A stretch of DNA of 64,000 nucleotides, from positions 1 to 64,000 of IMG/VR virus record IMGVR_UViG_3300019755_000002; one strand, given 5' to 3'. The position numbers and the translations under genes are program-made. The notes beneath the pieces are model-generated. The model did not search any database. It saw only the letters and a list, made by a program, of their open reading frames with translations, and was not told the origin of the DNA. This stretch comes from a virus. This document shows positions 39,581 to 47,746 of the stretch, piece by piece. The stretch's first letter is position 1. Each line of letters begins with the position of its first letter.

Positions 39581-39898
39581 ATGGAACAAGCTTTAGCGGC
39601 AGTTTACGCAGAGGGTGAAAAGGCTTTTCATACTGGTAGTGTGAACCCCTACCCAAACACAGATCAGTACTGGGGTGAATGGACGGCAGGATGGACGGCT
39701 GAAAAATTAAAAGCAGAAAATAAAAACAAGGTAGAAACTATTGAAAATATAGGTCTATCAAAAAACAAACAAAAAGCAATTAAGCAATTTTCGGAAATGA
39801 TAGCCAAAGATTGTGCTGAATTGATTGAAACGGTAATAGAAAAACGAGTGAGAATGTACGCTACTCATTTAGCTGAAATAATGCAAAAAGATGATTAG
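39581..39898 (+). CDS. Cassette ORF, hypothetical
   Basis: Between attC1 and attC2. Confidence 0.75.
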   Translation: MEQALAAVYAEGEKAFHTGSVNPYPNTDQYWGEWTAGWTAEKLKAENKNKVETIENIGLSKNKQKAIKQFSEMIAKDCAELIETVIEKRVRMYATHLAEIMQKDD

Positions 39899-39901
39899 TC
39901 A

Positions 39902-39995
39902 TTCTAACCTTTGCGTTAAGCGGTGAGTGAAAGTTGGGAACCAACTGTAACGAGTCCGACGAATGAAATGAGTGAATTTAAACGCGTTGTTAGTG
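39902..39995 (-). repeat. Integron attC-like site 2 (94 bp)
   Basis: Shares TAACCTTTGCGTTAAGCGGTGAGTGAAAGTT and TGAATTT.AACGCGTTGTTAG with site 1. Confidence 0.85.
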
Positions 39996-40022
39996 ACGCA
40001 TTACGGGAATACTGGAGATAAT

Positions 40023-40277
40023 ATGCCAATTACAAAAGAGCAGCTAAAGGAAACTAAAGTTCCTTACTTAATAGTAGCTGACTGTAGAGCAGGAAAGAGA
40101 AAAGGACTACCTAAAAAAGAACAACCTAGCACCGTTGTTGGTTATTCAGTGAATGACCCCCTAGGTGTTGGTGGTGGTATTTTTGACACAAACCCATGTG
40201 TTTATTTTAAAAGTGGTGGATGGGTATTACTAAGCGACTTTGTGAAGAACCACTCTATTGTGAGTAATGCGCACTAA
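40023..40277 (+). CDS. Cassette ORF, hypothetical
   Basis: GGAG RBS; stop codon overlaps the TAAC of attC3. Confidence 0.75.
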   Translation: MPITKEQLKETKVPYLIVADCRAGKRKGLPKKEQPSTVVGYSVNDPLGVGGGIFDTNPCVYFKSGGWVLLSDFVKNHSIVSNAH

Positions 40278-40329
40278 CCTTTAACTTAAGCGGCAAGCTG
40301 TTTTTGTCACGTTGAATTATTTGTTATGT
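40272..40329 (-). repeat. Integron attC-like site 3 (58 bp)
   Basis: + strand CACTAAC-CTTTAA-CTTAAGC...CGTTGAAT-TATTT-GTTATGT; L boxes pair imperfectly. Confidence 0.7.
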
Positions 40330-40356
40330 TACCACGAAATAACGGAGATAAATATA

Positions 40357-41043
40357 ATGAAAACGACATACTGTAGTGATCGCGTTGAGCCTGTTGTTAG
40401 CTTTGCTGCTACACCATTAAATACTGAATCAATGAGGCAGCACAGAGAAAGATGGTTAAACAGGATTCAAGAAGCGGAGAGTAAATTTAACATAATAGAG
40501 AATTGCGTTCATGAAATACTAAACGACATAGAAGAGGATAAAATAACAACCTTAAAATCTGTTTATGATCGATTACTAATAGCGGTAAAGAAATCAAACT
40601 TAACCCCGACACCAGAAGCTAGAGTCGCAATGATTATTTATAGCGATGAATATGAAAAACAGTGCGGGGGATCAATGGATTTTTTTGATTCGCTAGATGA
40701 AGATAGAAAGCACCGATGTAAATTGGTGGTGGCAACATTAAATAACCTATCAGCAACGGATAAGAAGGTGTTACTAACCGCTTTAAGAAGCAAGGGTTTT
40801 ACGAAGAATAAAGTATACGCCGATAGCTTAGAAAAAAAACGTGAGTTTAATTCAGCAATAAAGTTAACGAGTCTAGGTCTTATTAATGGTGAGGTTACTT
40901 ATGAACATACTAATGGCTATGCTGTAACTGGGTTTGGTAGAACTTGGGTTGACGGTAAGTCATGGAATAGTTTTAAAGGTGAGTTAACGAAAAAGGGGAT
41001 CGAGGTGGCAAAAGTCCTTCTCCCCCACATTAGACCCGTTTAA
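40357..41043 (+). CDS. Hypothetical protein, possibly mosaic
   Basis: GGAG RBS; attC half-site remnant TTGAGCCTGTTGTTAG at about 40385-40400. Confidence 0.7.
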   Translation: MKTTYCSDRVEPVVSFAATPLNTESMRQHRERWLNRIQEAESKFNIIENCVHEILNDIEEDKITTLKSVYDRLLIAVKKSNLTPTPEARVAMIIYSDEYEKQCGGSMDFFDSLDEDRKHRCKLVVATLNNLSATDKKVLLTALRSKGFTKNKVYADSLEKKREFNSAIKLTSLGLINGEVTYEHTNGYAVTGFGRTWVDGKSWNSFKGELTKKGIEVAKVLLPHIRPV

Positions 41044-41099
41044 TTTATATCGTGAAAAGACAGAAACAAAATAACAAAATAACAAAATGATATTATTTC

Positions 41100-41128
41100 T
41101 TGACCTCAAGACGTCTTAAAGGTACTTT
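41100..41128 (+). promoter_or_regulatory. Sigma70-like promoter for the DUF4224/xis operon
   Basis: TTGACC-17 bp-TACTTT with an A-rich upstream element. Confidence 0.6.
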
Positions 41129-41196
41129 ATGCAGACAAGGAACGACAACAACGTCCTTGTCCTACAAATTAACTGATTGACGATATTGAGGTAACG

Positions 41197-41535
41197 ATGT
41201 CCGCGAATAACCACCAGCGTAGTCCTATACGCTTAGATTTAGTCCCTAATGACTTACTCACACCCGAAGACCTTTTTACCCTAACGGGTTACGAAGACCC
41301 AAAGTTTCAAGCCAAAGTCCTAAAAGAAAACAATATCTTTTACTTAAAAGTTAGACGAAACGAAATCCGTACTACCTGGTATCACATCAACAACCCCATA
41401 CATTTACGCGTCCCCCATTTGGCTCAGGCAGATGGTGGTGTCGGTTGGAATAAGAGTTTCCAACCTCGTGTGGATTCGGTTCCCAAACCAGATGCCACGG
41501 ATATAGCAAGCACGTTAGAAGCGTATAATAATTAA
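41197..41535 (+). CDS. DUF4224-like protein
   Basis: LLTPEDLFTLTGY...QAKVLKENNIFY. Confidence 0.7.
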   Translation: MSANNHQRSPIRLDLVPNDLLTPEDLFTLTGYEDPKFQAKVLKENNIFYLKVRRNEIRTTWYHINNPIHLRVPHLAQADGGVGWNKSFQPRVDSVPKPDATDIASTLEAYNN

Positions 41536-41550
41536 CTTTGGATTGACGAT

Positions 41551-41802
41551 ATGAACAACCAGAACACTCTTGGGGTAAACACCAACATGTCCCCACTTCA
41601 ACAAAGCAAACATCAAAAATATTGGAGTACAAAACAAGTATGTGAACGATTTGGATATATATCGTCACGCACACTCTCTAGATGGGTCGAGTCCAGAGGA
41701 TTCCCGCCGTCGGTTACACCTGAAGGAGAGGCGAATTTATACTCCATTGAAGCCATCCTCTTGTGGGAAGAAAACTATTTCACCCAACCAGATATAGCCT
41801 AA
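41551..41802 (+). CDS. AlpA/excisionase-like HTH protein
   Basis: STKQVCERFGYISSRTLSRWVESRGFPP; near the integrase. Confidence 0.8.
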   Translation: MNNQNTLGVNTNMSPLQQSKHQKYWSTKQVCERFGYISSRTLSRWVESRGFPPSVTPEGEANLYSIEAILLWEENYFTQPDIA

Positions 41803-41811
41803 GGAATAAGC

Positions 41812-42021
41812 ATGTTTCTATATCTTCTACAATTTGTGGGTCTATTCCTGTTTCTAGGGCTATCGGGGTCAATGATTATCCTCGGAATTTTAGCCCTAAC
41901 AAATGCGGGATTTTCAGAGCCTAATCCGGTACAGAAAGTTTTTGGTTTACTAAGTGTCTGTACAGGTATCTTAGGTTTATACCTTATCTTTAGTTCCATA
42001 ACATTAACCATTAACCATTAA
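41812..42021 (+). CDS. Two-TM small protein
   Basis: AAGGA RBS; two hydrophobic helices. Confidence 0.65.
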   Translation: MFLYLLQFVGLFLFLGLSGSMIILGILALTNAGFSEPNPVQKVFGLLSVCTGILGLYLIFSSITLTINH

Positions 42022-42136
42022 CTAACGAGAAAATTATGTTAAAAACTCCGTTCAAAGAAACAAGAATAACATATGCCGTAAGACATGCCTTAGCACAACC
42101 TGAGTACTACCGACCAAAATCGGAGGATAAAGACTA

Positions 42137-42409
42137 ATGGCTGACACCGAATCGACACTCATTGAGAGAGGAAAAAATTACGGTCGCTTTCAAAGTGGTG
42201 CTACTACCATGCAAAACTTAAAAAACGTGATACGTGATAACAAAGGCTATGAACACTTAACCGCACCTCAGCGTGAAGCTCTTGACATGATCTTACACAA
42301 AGTAGGTCGTATTGTTAACGGTAATGCGGAACACGTTGATAGTTGGCACGACATTAGTGGCTATGCTCAATTAATTGAAAATCAAATTAAGGGTATTGGT
42401 GAACAATAA
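42137..42409 (+). CDS. DUF6378-like protein
   Basis: ERGKNYG...KVGRI..G...DSWHDISGYAQL. Confidence 0.75.
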   Translation: MADTESTLIERGKNYGRFQSGATTMQNLKNVIRDNKGYEHLTAPQREALDMILHKVGRIVNGNAEHVDSWHDISGYAQLIENQIKGIGEQ

Positions 42410-42433
42410 TCCGTGAAATAAAGGTGGTGATAT

Positions 42434-42676
42434 ATGTTAAAAGAAGTAAAACCCGTACCAACCGTTGGTGTAGATACCAAAACGGTACAAGCTTTAGAGT
42501 CATTATTAGCCTCGGCTAAAAAAGGTGACTTAAAGAGCGTTATTTATATCGATCAATACAAAGATGGTAAGTGTGGCCACGGCTGGGCTGGTAAACCTGA
42601 CAACAACATGCTGGGACAAATTGAGGACTGTAAATTCAACATTATATCCCAACGATATTTTACGGTTCAAGAATAA
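42434..42676 (+). CDS. Hypothetical protein
   Basis: GGTGG RBS. Confidence 0.7.
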   Translation: MLKEVKPVPTVGVDTKTVQALESLLASAKKGDLKSVIYIDQYKDGKCGHGWAGKPDNNMLGQIEDCKFNIISQRYFTVQE

Positions 42677-42683
42677 CCTAACC

Positions 42684-42707
42684 AAGACCTACGTATGTAG
42701 GTCTTTT
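42684..42707 (+). terminator. Intrinsic terminator-like hairpin
   Basis: AAGACCTAC-gtat-GTAGGTCTT-TT. Confidence 0.5.
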
Positions 42708-42729
42708 AACTTTAGATAGGAATAAAAAT

Positions 42730-43056
42730 ATGTCAAACAGAAAAAGTACGATGGTCGAATTGGTTGATGAACTCAAGAAGTTACCTAAATCCCCCGACAT
42801 TAACTTCATGATCCAAGAAGCTTTAGCAGGAGAATACCACGATTATAAGAATGAGAAGTATGTCTGTGGGAAGATGGAAAGCTCTCAACGATTAAGGACA
42901 TTGGGTTATCCTGACTTAGCTCAGCGTATTGAGAATGGTGAGTTTGACGAAACGTGCGACGATGATGATAAAGAACGTCTTGCTAAGGAATTAACGGAAA
43001 ACATGCCGCCAGAACAAGCACAATCATTAATTAACGCCTTAGGCCTTAACGAATAA
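42730..43056 (+). CDS. Hypothetical protein
   Basis: AGGA RBS. Confidence 0.7.
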   Translation: MSNRKSTMVELVDELKKLPKSPDINFMIQEALAGEYHDYKNEKYVCGKMESSQRLRTLGYPDLAQRIENGEFDETCDDDDKERLAKELTENMPPEQAQSLINALGLNE

Positions 43057-43069
43057 TAGGATTGACGAT

Positions 43070-43666
43070 ATGAGCCATCAACAGATAAATCAAAGCTCAG
43101 GTAATGTTGAATACTACACCTCTGAAGAACTACTTGTCTTAGTACGAGAAGTGTTGGGAACAATAGACCTCGACCCAGCAAGCTGCTCGTTAGCGAATGA
43201 AGTGGTAAAGGCAAAAAATATTTTTACCAAAGAGAACGACGGCCTAAGTCACTCTTGGTTTGGTAAAGTGTTTATGAACCACCCCTTCCATAAGGGAGAA
43301 AAACCGTGTAAGAAAAACTGCAAAAAGAAAATTTGCCAACCGAGCAACGACCCTAAAAAACCTACGCGTGGTCATTGTATCGATTATGAAATCCCTGGCA
43401 ATGCCATCTGGACGAATAAACTTGCCGATGAATACTATAAGGGCAATATTGAAGAGGCTATTTGTATAACGTTCTCATCAATGTCTGAAGATTGGATGTG
43501 GCCGCTACTTCAAGAAGTGCAATGCTTCCCGCGCGGTAGAGTACATTATCGAAAGCCTGACGGTACAGTTGACCGACAAGCAACGAAAGGTAGTGTGTTA
43601 ACTTACTTCGGTAAGAATCCTGAGAAGTTCGAGGCCGTTTTCAGTGCTATAGGCAAAGTAAAATAA
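43070..43666 (+). CDS. Phage DNA N6-adenine methyltransferase (Dam-like family)
   Basis: EYYT, IDLDPAS, DGLSHSW.G.VFMNHPF (NPPY variant), RGRVHY. Confidence 0.8.
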   Translation: MSHQQINQSSGNVEYYTSEELLVLVREVLGTIDLDPASCSLANEVVKAKNIFTKENDGLSHSWFGKVFMNHPFHKGEKPCKKNCKKKICQPSNDPKKPTRGHCIDYEIPGNAIWTNKLADEYYKGNIEEAICITFSSMSEDWMWPLLQEVQCFPRGRVHYRKPDGTVDRQATKGSVLTYFGKNPEKFEAVFSAIGKVK

Positions 43667-43667
43667 G

Positions 43668-44975
43668 CTACCAAACTACACCACCATCCTTATCCACTGT
43701 TCTAGTGTCAGTAGAAGAATTGTCTAATTTACGCTCAGGCAGTGGTGAATTTAACAGTTCTTCTATACGTTCACCCCACTTATTATACGCTCGTGCTTGA
43801 TCTGGAAGATAGGAGTTTAAATCATAAACATCTTCAACACCTGGGGTAGAGTGCCCCAACATTATCTCGGCAACGTGTGGTAACGTTATCTTTTCGCCCT
43901 TAATCTCTTTAGTCCAGTTGGTTCTAGCGGTTCTACGCAAGTCATGTATCGTCCAGTGAACCATCTTAACATTGAAGTTTTTAAGAATGTACGCATTGAT
44001 GTTCTTGGGTATGTTTAAGTGTGACTGACCTTTAGCTTTATCACTAAACTTATCTGGCTTAGTAATGTTCGTAAAAACAAATTCCTTAGACCCACTTAGG
44101 GACAGGGCTTGCACGATCAAAGGTTTAGAAAACTTAGTAATAGGACGGACAATGGGTAAATCCATAAATTCCCCTGTCTTATGTTCTTCAGGTAATAACG
44201 TCCACAGACCAGTATTAAAATCAAATTGCTTTGGATGTGAATTCGTCAACTCCCCTATTCGACAACCATAGTATAAACATAACAATACCTGTATCTTTGT
44301 CTTTGCTGCAGAACGTCCCAACGTAAGCGCCTTGAGAATATAAATTAACTCATCATCGGACAAAACTCTTTTTCTTTTCTTACGAACAATTTTCAAATCA
44401 CGTCTAGCACTAAGATGTGCTAACGGGTTTTCGTTAACGACACGTTTACTTATACCTCGAAAGTACACTTGTTTTAAAAAGGACAACATCACCCCCGTCA
44501 TGTACGGTCTAAGCGGCATGTGTTTTTCAAAAAAATCCATCCAACGAGCGGTGCTTATTTGTGAAGCTGGATAGCCCCCCATTTCAGAAAGTACGTGCTG
44601 TTTCGTGGCCTTAACATTTCGTGAAGCTTTTTTCTTAACGCCTTCCTGTTCGTACCAATCGAGAAATAAATCACTAAAGGTTGAATATCTACCCTCCCCA
44701 AATAAATTTTTTTCTTGGGTTATTTTTGGATGAACACCCTCAGCGATACCCTCTTTAATTTTGGCGTTTAACTTTCGGGCTTTACTAAGAGAAAGGTCGG
44801 GGTAAGTCCCTAAGTCTAGTCTAGAAGGTTTGCCCCCTTTTGGGTATCTATACCTTAGTTGAAAAACTATTTTCCCTTTTGCCGAGACTCGAACACTTAA
44901 GCCATTGCCGTCGCTCTTTTCATATGTGCGTCCTTTTTTATCAGGTGATTTTAACCAAGTGTCAGTTAAGGCCAC
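43668..44975 (-). CDS. int: Tyrosine integrase, P4-like, with arm-binding domain
   Basis: N-terminal DGNGLSVRV...LGTYPDLSL..AR; catalytic R (GCRIGE), HDLRR, LGH, Y. Confidence 0.95.
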   Translation of the reverse strand: MALTDTWLKSPDKKGRTYEKSDGNGLSVRVSAKGKIVFQLRYRYPKGGKPSRLDLGTYPDLSLSKARKLNAKIKEGIAEGVHPKITQEKNLFGEGRYSTFSDLFLDWYEQEGVKKKASRNVKATKQHVLSEMGGYPASQISTARWMDFFEKHMPLRPYMTGVMLSFLKQVYFRGISKRVVNENPLAHLSARRDLKIVRKKRKRVLSDDELIYILKALTLGRSAAKTKIQVLLCLYYGCRIGELTNSHPKQFDFNTGLWTLLPEEHKTGEFMDLPIVRPITKFSKPLIVQALSLSGSKEFVFTNITKPDKFSDKAKGQSHLNIPKNINAYILKNFNVKMVHWTIHDLRRTARTNWTKEIKGEKITLPHVAEIMLGHSTPGVEDVYDLNSYLPDQARAYNKWGERIEELLNSPLPERKLDNSSTDTRTVDKDGGVVW

Positions 44976-44992
44976 GTATAGCTCCTAGAGAG

Positions 44993-45318
44993 AAATTGTG
45001 TACATATTTTCTCAATATTTCAGTTTAATAGTACCAAGATAAAAATATGTACATGGATATGTACACATATTTGTTGGCTGCAAGTGACCTAGTATGTCTT
45101 AATTTGACAGCCTTGAAAAGCACCTTTAGCCTAAGCCGCATAGATACTAGATTAAAGTTTTGTCCTGATGTGTCTTGATGTGTCGAAACAATACCATAGT
45201 CTCCACATGCTTTGTTTGAGAAAACATATTGCGAACACTTAAGGTATTGAATTAAAAACAAATAATAAAAAGCAATATTTGGAACTTTAAAAATATGTAC
45301 CTGATTCTGTACACTTTT
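44993..45318. other. Putative attP with arm-type sites
   Basis: Clusters of TGTAC(A) repeats at about 44999-45066 and 45296-45313 flanking a central segment; core not identified. Confidence 0.5.
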
Positions 45319-45384
45319 CTAAAAGTGTCCCCTGAATCTTGCGTTTAGGTTTAAAACACTTTTCTAATATTACGCTATTTTAAA

Positions 45385-45414
45385 TAGAGAAAAAAGAAAG
45401 CTCTTTTTTCTCTA
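45385..45414 (-). terminator. Hairpin ending the lysis cassette
   Basis: TAGAGAAAAAAGA-aagc-TCTTTTTTCTCTA. Confidence 0.5.
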
Positions 45415-45418
45415 CATG

Positions 45419-45706
45419 TTATTTTGCTTGATTTCGGATATAAGCTGCCGCAGACGACATTTTAGAGGCGCAAAGGTGATAGCGATTATTGTTCCTAATT
45501 GTGACACCCAGCATATCCCTAAAATCGTTACTGTTATAAGTTAATAATGGTAAACACTCCGTAGTTATACTACTCGGTGGCTGCACTTGTAACTTTGGAA
45601 GACTCAGTTCGGTTGGGGCTACGGTTATTGATGGAGTCGTTGAGCAACCTAATAGCGTCGTCACTAACAATAGCACACTCAGGTTCAACTTTAATTTTAT
45701 CAACAT
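45419..45706 (-). CDS. o-spanin (Rz1-like lipoprotein)
   Basis: Lipobox LLGC, Pro-rich, overlaps the i-spanin. Confidence 0.8.
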   Translation of the reverse strand: MLIKLKLNLSVLLLVTTLLGCSTTPSITVAPTELSLPKLQVQPPSSITTECLPLLTYNSNDFRDMLGVTIRNNNRYHLCASKMSSAAAYIRNQAK

Positions 45707-46010
45707 ACTTAATTATCTCCTTAGTTATAATTTTAGTTTGAACATCTTGGTTACGCCGAGCTAATTCGTCGGCGTGTATCTGAGCTTGTTTATTTAACGC
45801 GTCTTGCATTTCTTTGTGAGCTATTTTAATTTGCTTAGCTGTGGCCTCCTCAACAGCCTTAGCGCTAGCACTACTCATTTCAGCAATGGCCCTGTTGTAG
45901 CCATTACTATCCAAATAAGTACCAATGGCAACTAAAGCGGATAAAGCACTAAGAATCGTAAACACCCATTTATAGCCATCAACAAAATCAACTATTTTTG
46001 TTACCCACAT
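45570..46010 (-). CDS. i-spanin (Rz-like)
   Basis: N-terminal TM plus coiled coil, downstream of the endolysin. Confidence 0.8.
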   Translation of the reverse strand: MWVTKIVDFVDGYKWVFTILSALSALVAIGTYLDSNGYNRAIAEMSSASAKAVEEATAKQIKIAHKEMQDALNKQAQIHADELARRNQDVQTKIITKEIIKYVDKIKVEPECAIVSDDAIRLLNDSINNRSPNRTESSKVTSAATE

Positions 46011-46013
46011 ATA

Positions 46014-46598
46014 TCACTCCAACAGCAAATAAACGTACCATTTATTGATTGTATTCTTAACGTACCCAATAGTTTCTTGGCTGTGATTCCCTGTAATATC
46101 GGGTAGACATCTGATTATTGGTGCGTAGGGAATAGGCATGCCACAGGCTTTCTGTGAGTTGTGAATATTCCCCGCTCCAGCGTTATAGCTAGCAAGCGCC
46201 AACATATACCTGTCAGCAGAACTTCGTGGACTAGACCAAAATAGAGCCATTTGATTCATATACCTCGCCGCCGCCAGTATGGAGGTTTCAGGCAACCAAA
46301 AGTTAACTAACTCAGGGTATTTACGTTGCATTTCTCTTGCGGTATTGGGCATAAATTGACATAACCCATAAGCACCAACAGGAGACACAGCCCTAGGGTT
46401 GAGTCTGCTCTCTTGGTAGCATTGGGCTTTTAATAACCGCCAATCCGTCCCAACAGGTAAAAAGATAGCCGCATCTTTAAAATGCTTGTCATACTCTTTA
46501 CTTATTAAGCTAGCCGATTGCACAGCCGACGATAATAGCGATAGCAATAAAACGCCCCGAATGATACAGCCCGTTATATAACGCCTTAGATTTAACAT
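46014..46598 (-). CDS. Endolysin, SLT-family lytic transglycosylase with N-terminal hydrophobic signal
   Basis: QES, GAYGLCQFMP, ASYNAG, ET.GYV; start uncertain. Confidence 0.9.
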   Translation of the reverse strand: MLNLRRYITGCIIRGVLLLSLLSSAVQSASLISKEYDKHFKDAAIFLPVGTDWRLLKAQCYQESRLNPRAVSPVGAYGLCQFMPNTAREMQRKYPELVNFWLPETSILAAARYMNQMALFWSSPRSSADRYMLALASYNAGAGNIHNSQKACGMPIPYAPIIRCLPDITGNHSQETIGYVKNTINKWYVYLLLE

Positions 46599-46746
46599 CT
46601 ATATTCTCCTGCCACGCGGTAAAATGCGTGTCCTTAAAAAAACAATCAAACCAGAACAGCGCCACACGGCACATAATAATACCAAGCAGCGCTAGGGCTA
46701 ATTTAAATAAACCCGTGATTAAGACACTTTCTAAACCTAACATCAA
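46510..46746 (-). CDS. Putative holin
   Basis: 78 aa, two TM, directly upstream of the endolysin. Confidence 0.65.
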   Translation of the reverse strand: MMLGLESVLITGLFKLALALLGIIMCRVALFWFDCFFKDTHFTAWQENIDVKSKALYNGLYHSGRFIAIAIIVGCAIG

Positions 46747-46757
46747 CCTCTCCTTAA

Positions 46758-47171
46758 CTATGTTTGTATTGTAAATAACTTAGCGTTACTCATTGGCCTA
46801 CGTGGGTGTAAGATCGTTTCCCCTTCGGGCATAGCTAGACTAAAAACCTTTATTGAAACAGGTACGGCTTGGTTTAGTTTAGTTTTAGTTGACTCCCCCA
46901 AGTGCAGTTGTACTCTTCCACCATCGAAGTACTTTATTTCTTCTGGGCTACTACCAATTTCAACATTATCCATGTAGAGCTTCATACTCGTCGCTTTTAT
47001 ACCACTGACAAAATCGATAGGTGTTTCTTGCCACGACTGTAAGCTATGGTTGTATCTTCGTTCCTTAAACACCCATTCTATAATGTCTGAGCTACCTTTA
47101 AAGACTGTTTCAACCGTCAAGTTACACCTCCTTATCTTGCACAATAGGTACAGGAACATTCGCGGCACCAA
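46758..47171 (-). CDS. Hypothetical virion-associated protein
   Basis: Late operon ORF; start uncertain. Confidence 0.6.
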   Translation of the reverse strand: MVPRMFLYLLCKIRRCNLTVETVFKGSSDIIEWVFKERRYNHSLQSWQETPIDFVSGIKATSMKLYMDNVEIGSSPEEIKYFDGGRVQLHLGESTKTKLNQAVPVSIKVFSLAMPEGETILHPRRPMSNAKLFTIQT

Positions 47172-47742
47172 TACTTACGGTATCTTCAACGGCTGCTGAA
47201 ACCGCTTTATCCGTAGATTCATCAACAGCAAGGAGAACTTTTGTACCATTGGTGTAGACCACGGACAGATCATCATATAACTCAAACACACTGCTATCGT
47301 CTGGAGATATTTGGAAGGCATTAGCCTCAAAGGTCAATGTGTCTGACGTATTAGAGATAACTTTAGCGCTTTGTCCTATCCCTGTGCCTGACGCAATATG
47401 CACTACTTTACGAATGTATGTGTCTACAACCCAACCAGCACCAGCTTCAGTAATTGTGCTAGGCGTTCCAGCGGAGGCATTACCCGTATGCCATTTATCA
47501 CTTTTACCTGTTTTTGTTAAATCATTTTTACCTGAAATAACTAAGTTAGATAAACCATCAACATCTTGGATAGACATGTCCCCCGCTGTTATCATGTCGT
47601 TTGCGATTGCTAAAGACCCCGTAATAGTAGAAAAATCGTTAGTACTTCCAAGGTCTTTTACTAAATAAACTTTAGTAATGTTGGCTTTTAAGGTGTTAAG
47701 GGCTGCTAAACCCGCGTCTTCATAGATATAAGGTGTGTTCAT
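47122..47742 (-). CDS. Putative structural protein
   Basis: Beta-rich late operon ORF. Confidence 0.7.
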   Translation of the reverse strand: MNTPYIYEDAGLAALNTLKANITKVYLVKDLGSTNDFSTITGSLAIANDMITAGDMSIQDVDGLSNLVISGKNDLTKTGKSDKWHTGNASAGTPSTITEAGAGWVVDTYIRKVVHIASGTGIGQSAKVISNTSDTLTFEANAFQISPDDSSVFELYDDLSVVYTNGTKVLLAVDESTDKAVSAAVEDTVSIGAANVPVPIVQDKEV

Positions 47743-47746
47743 GTCT

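Noticed and set aside
30211-42409. Base-substitution (Z-genome or deazaguanine) pathway suggested by MazG-like and DUF6378-like genes
   Set aside because: No PurZ, DatZ, Que or DpdA-like gene recognised in the window
43668-44975. Integrase as the IntI for the attC sites
   Set aside because: It has a P4-type arm-binding N-terminus and no recognisable IntI-specific insertion
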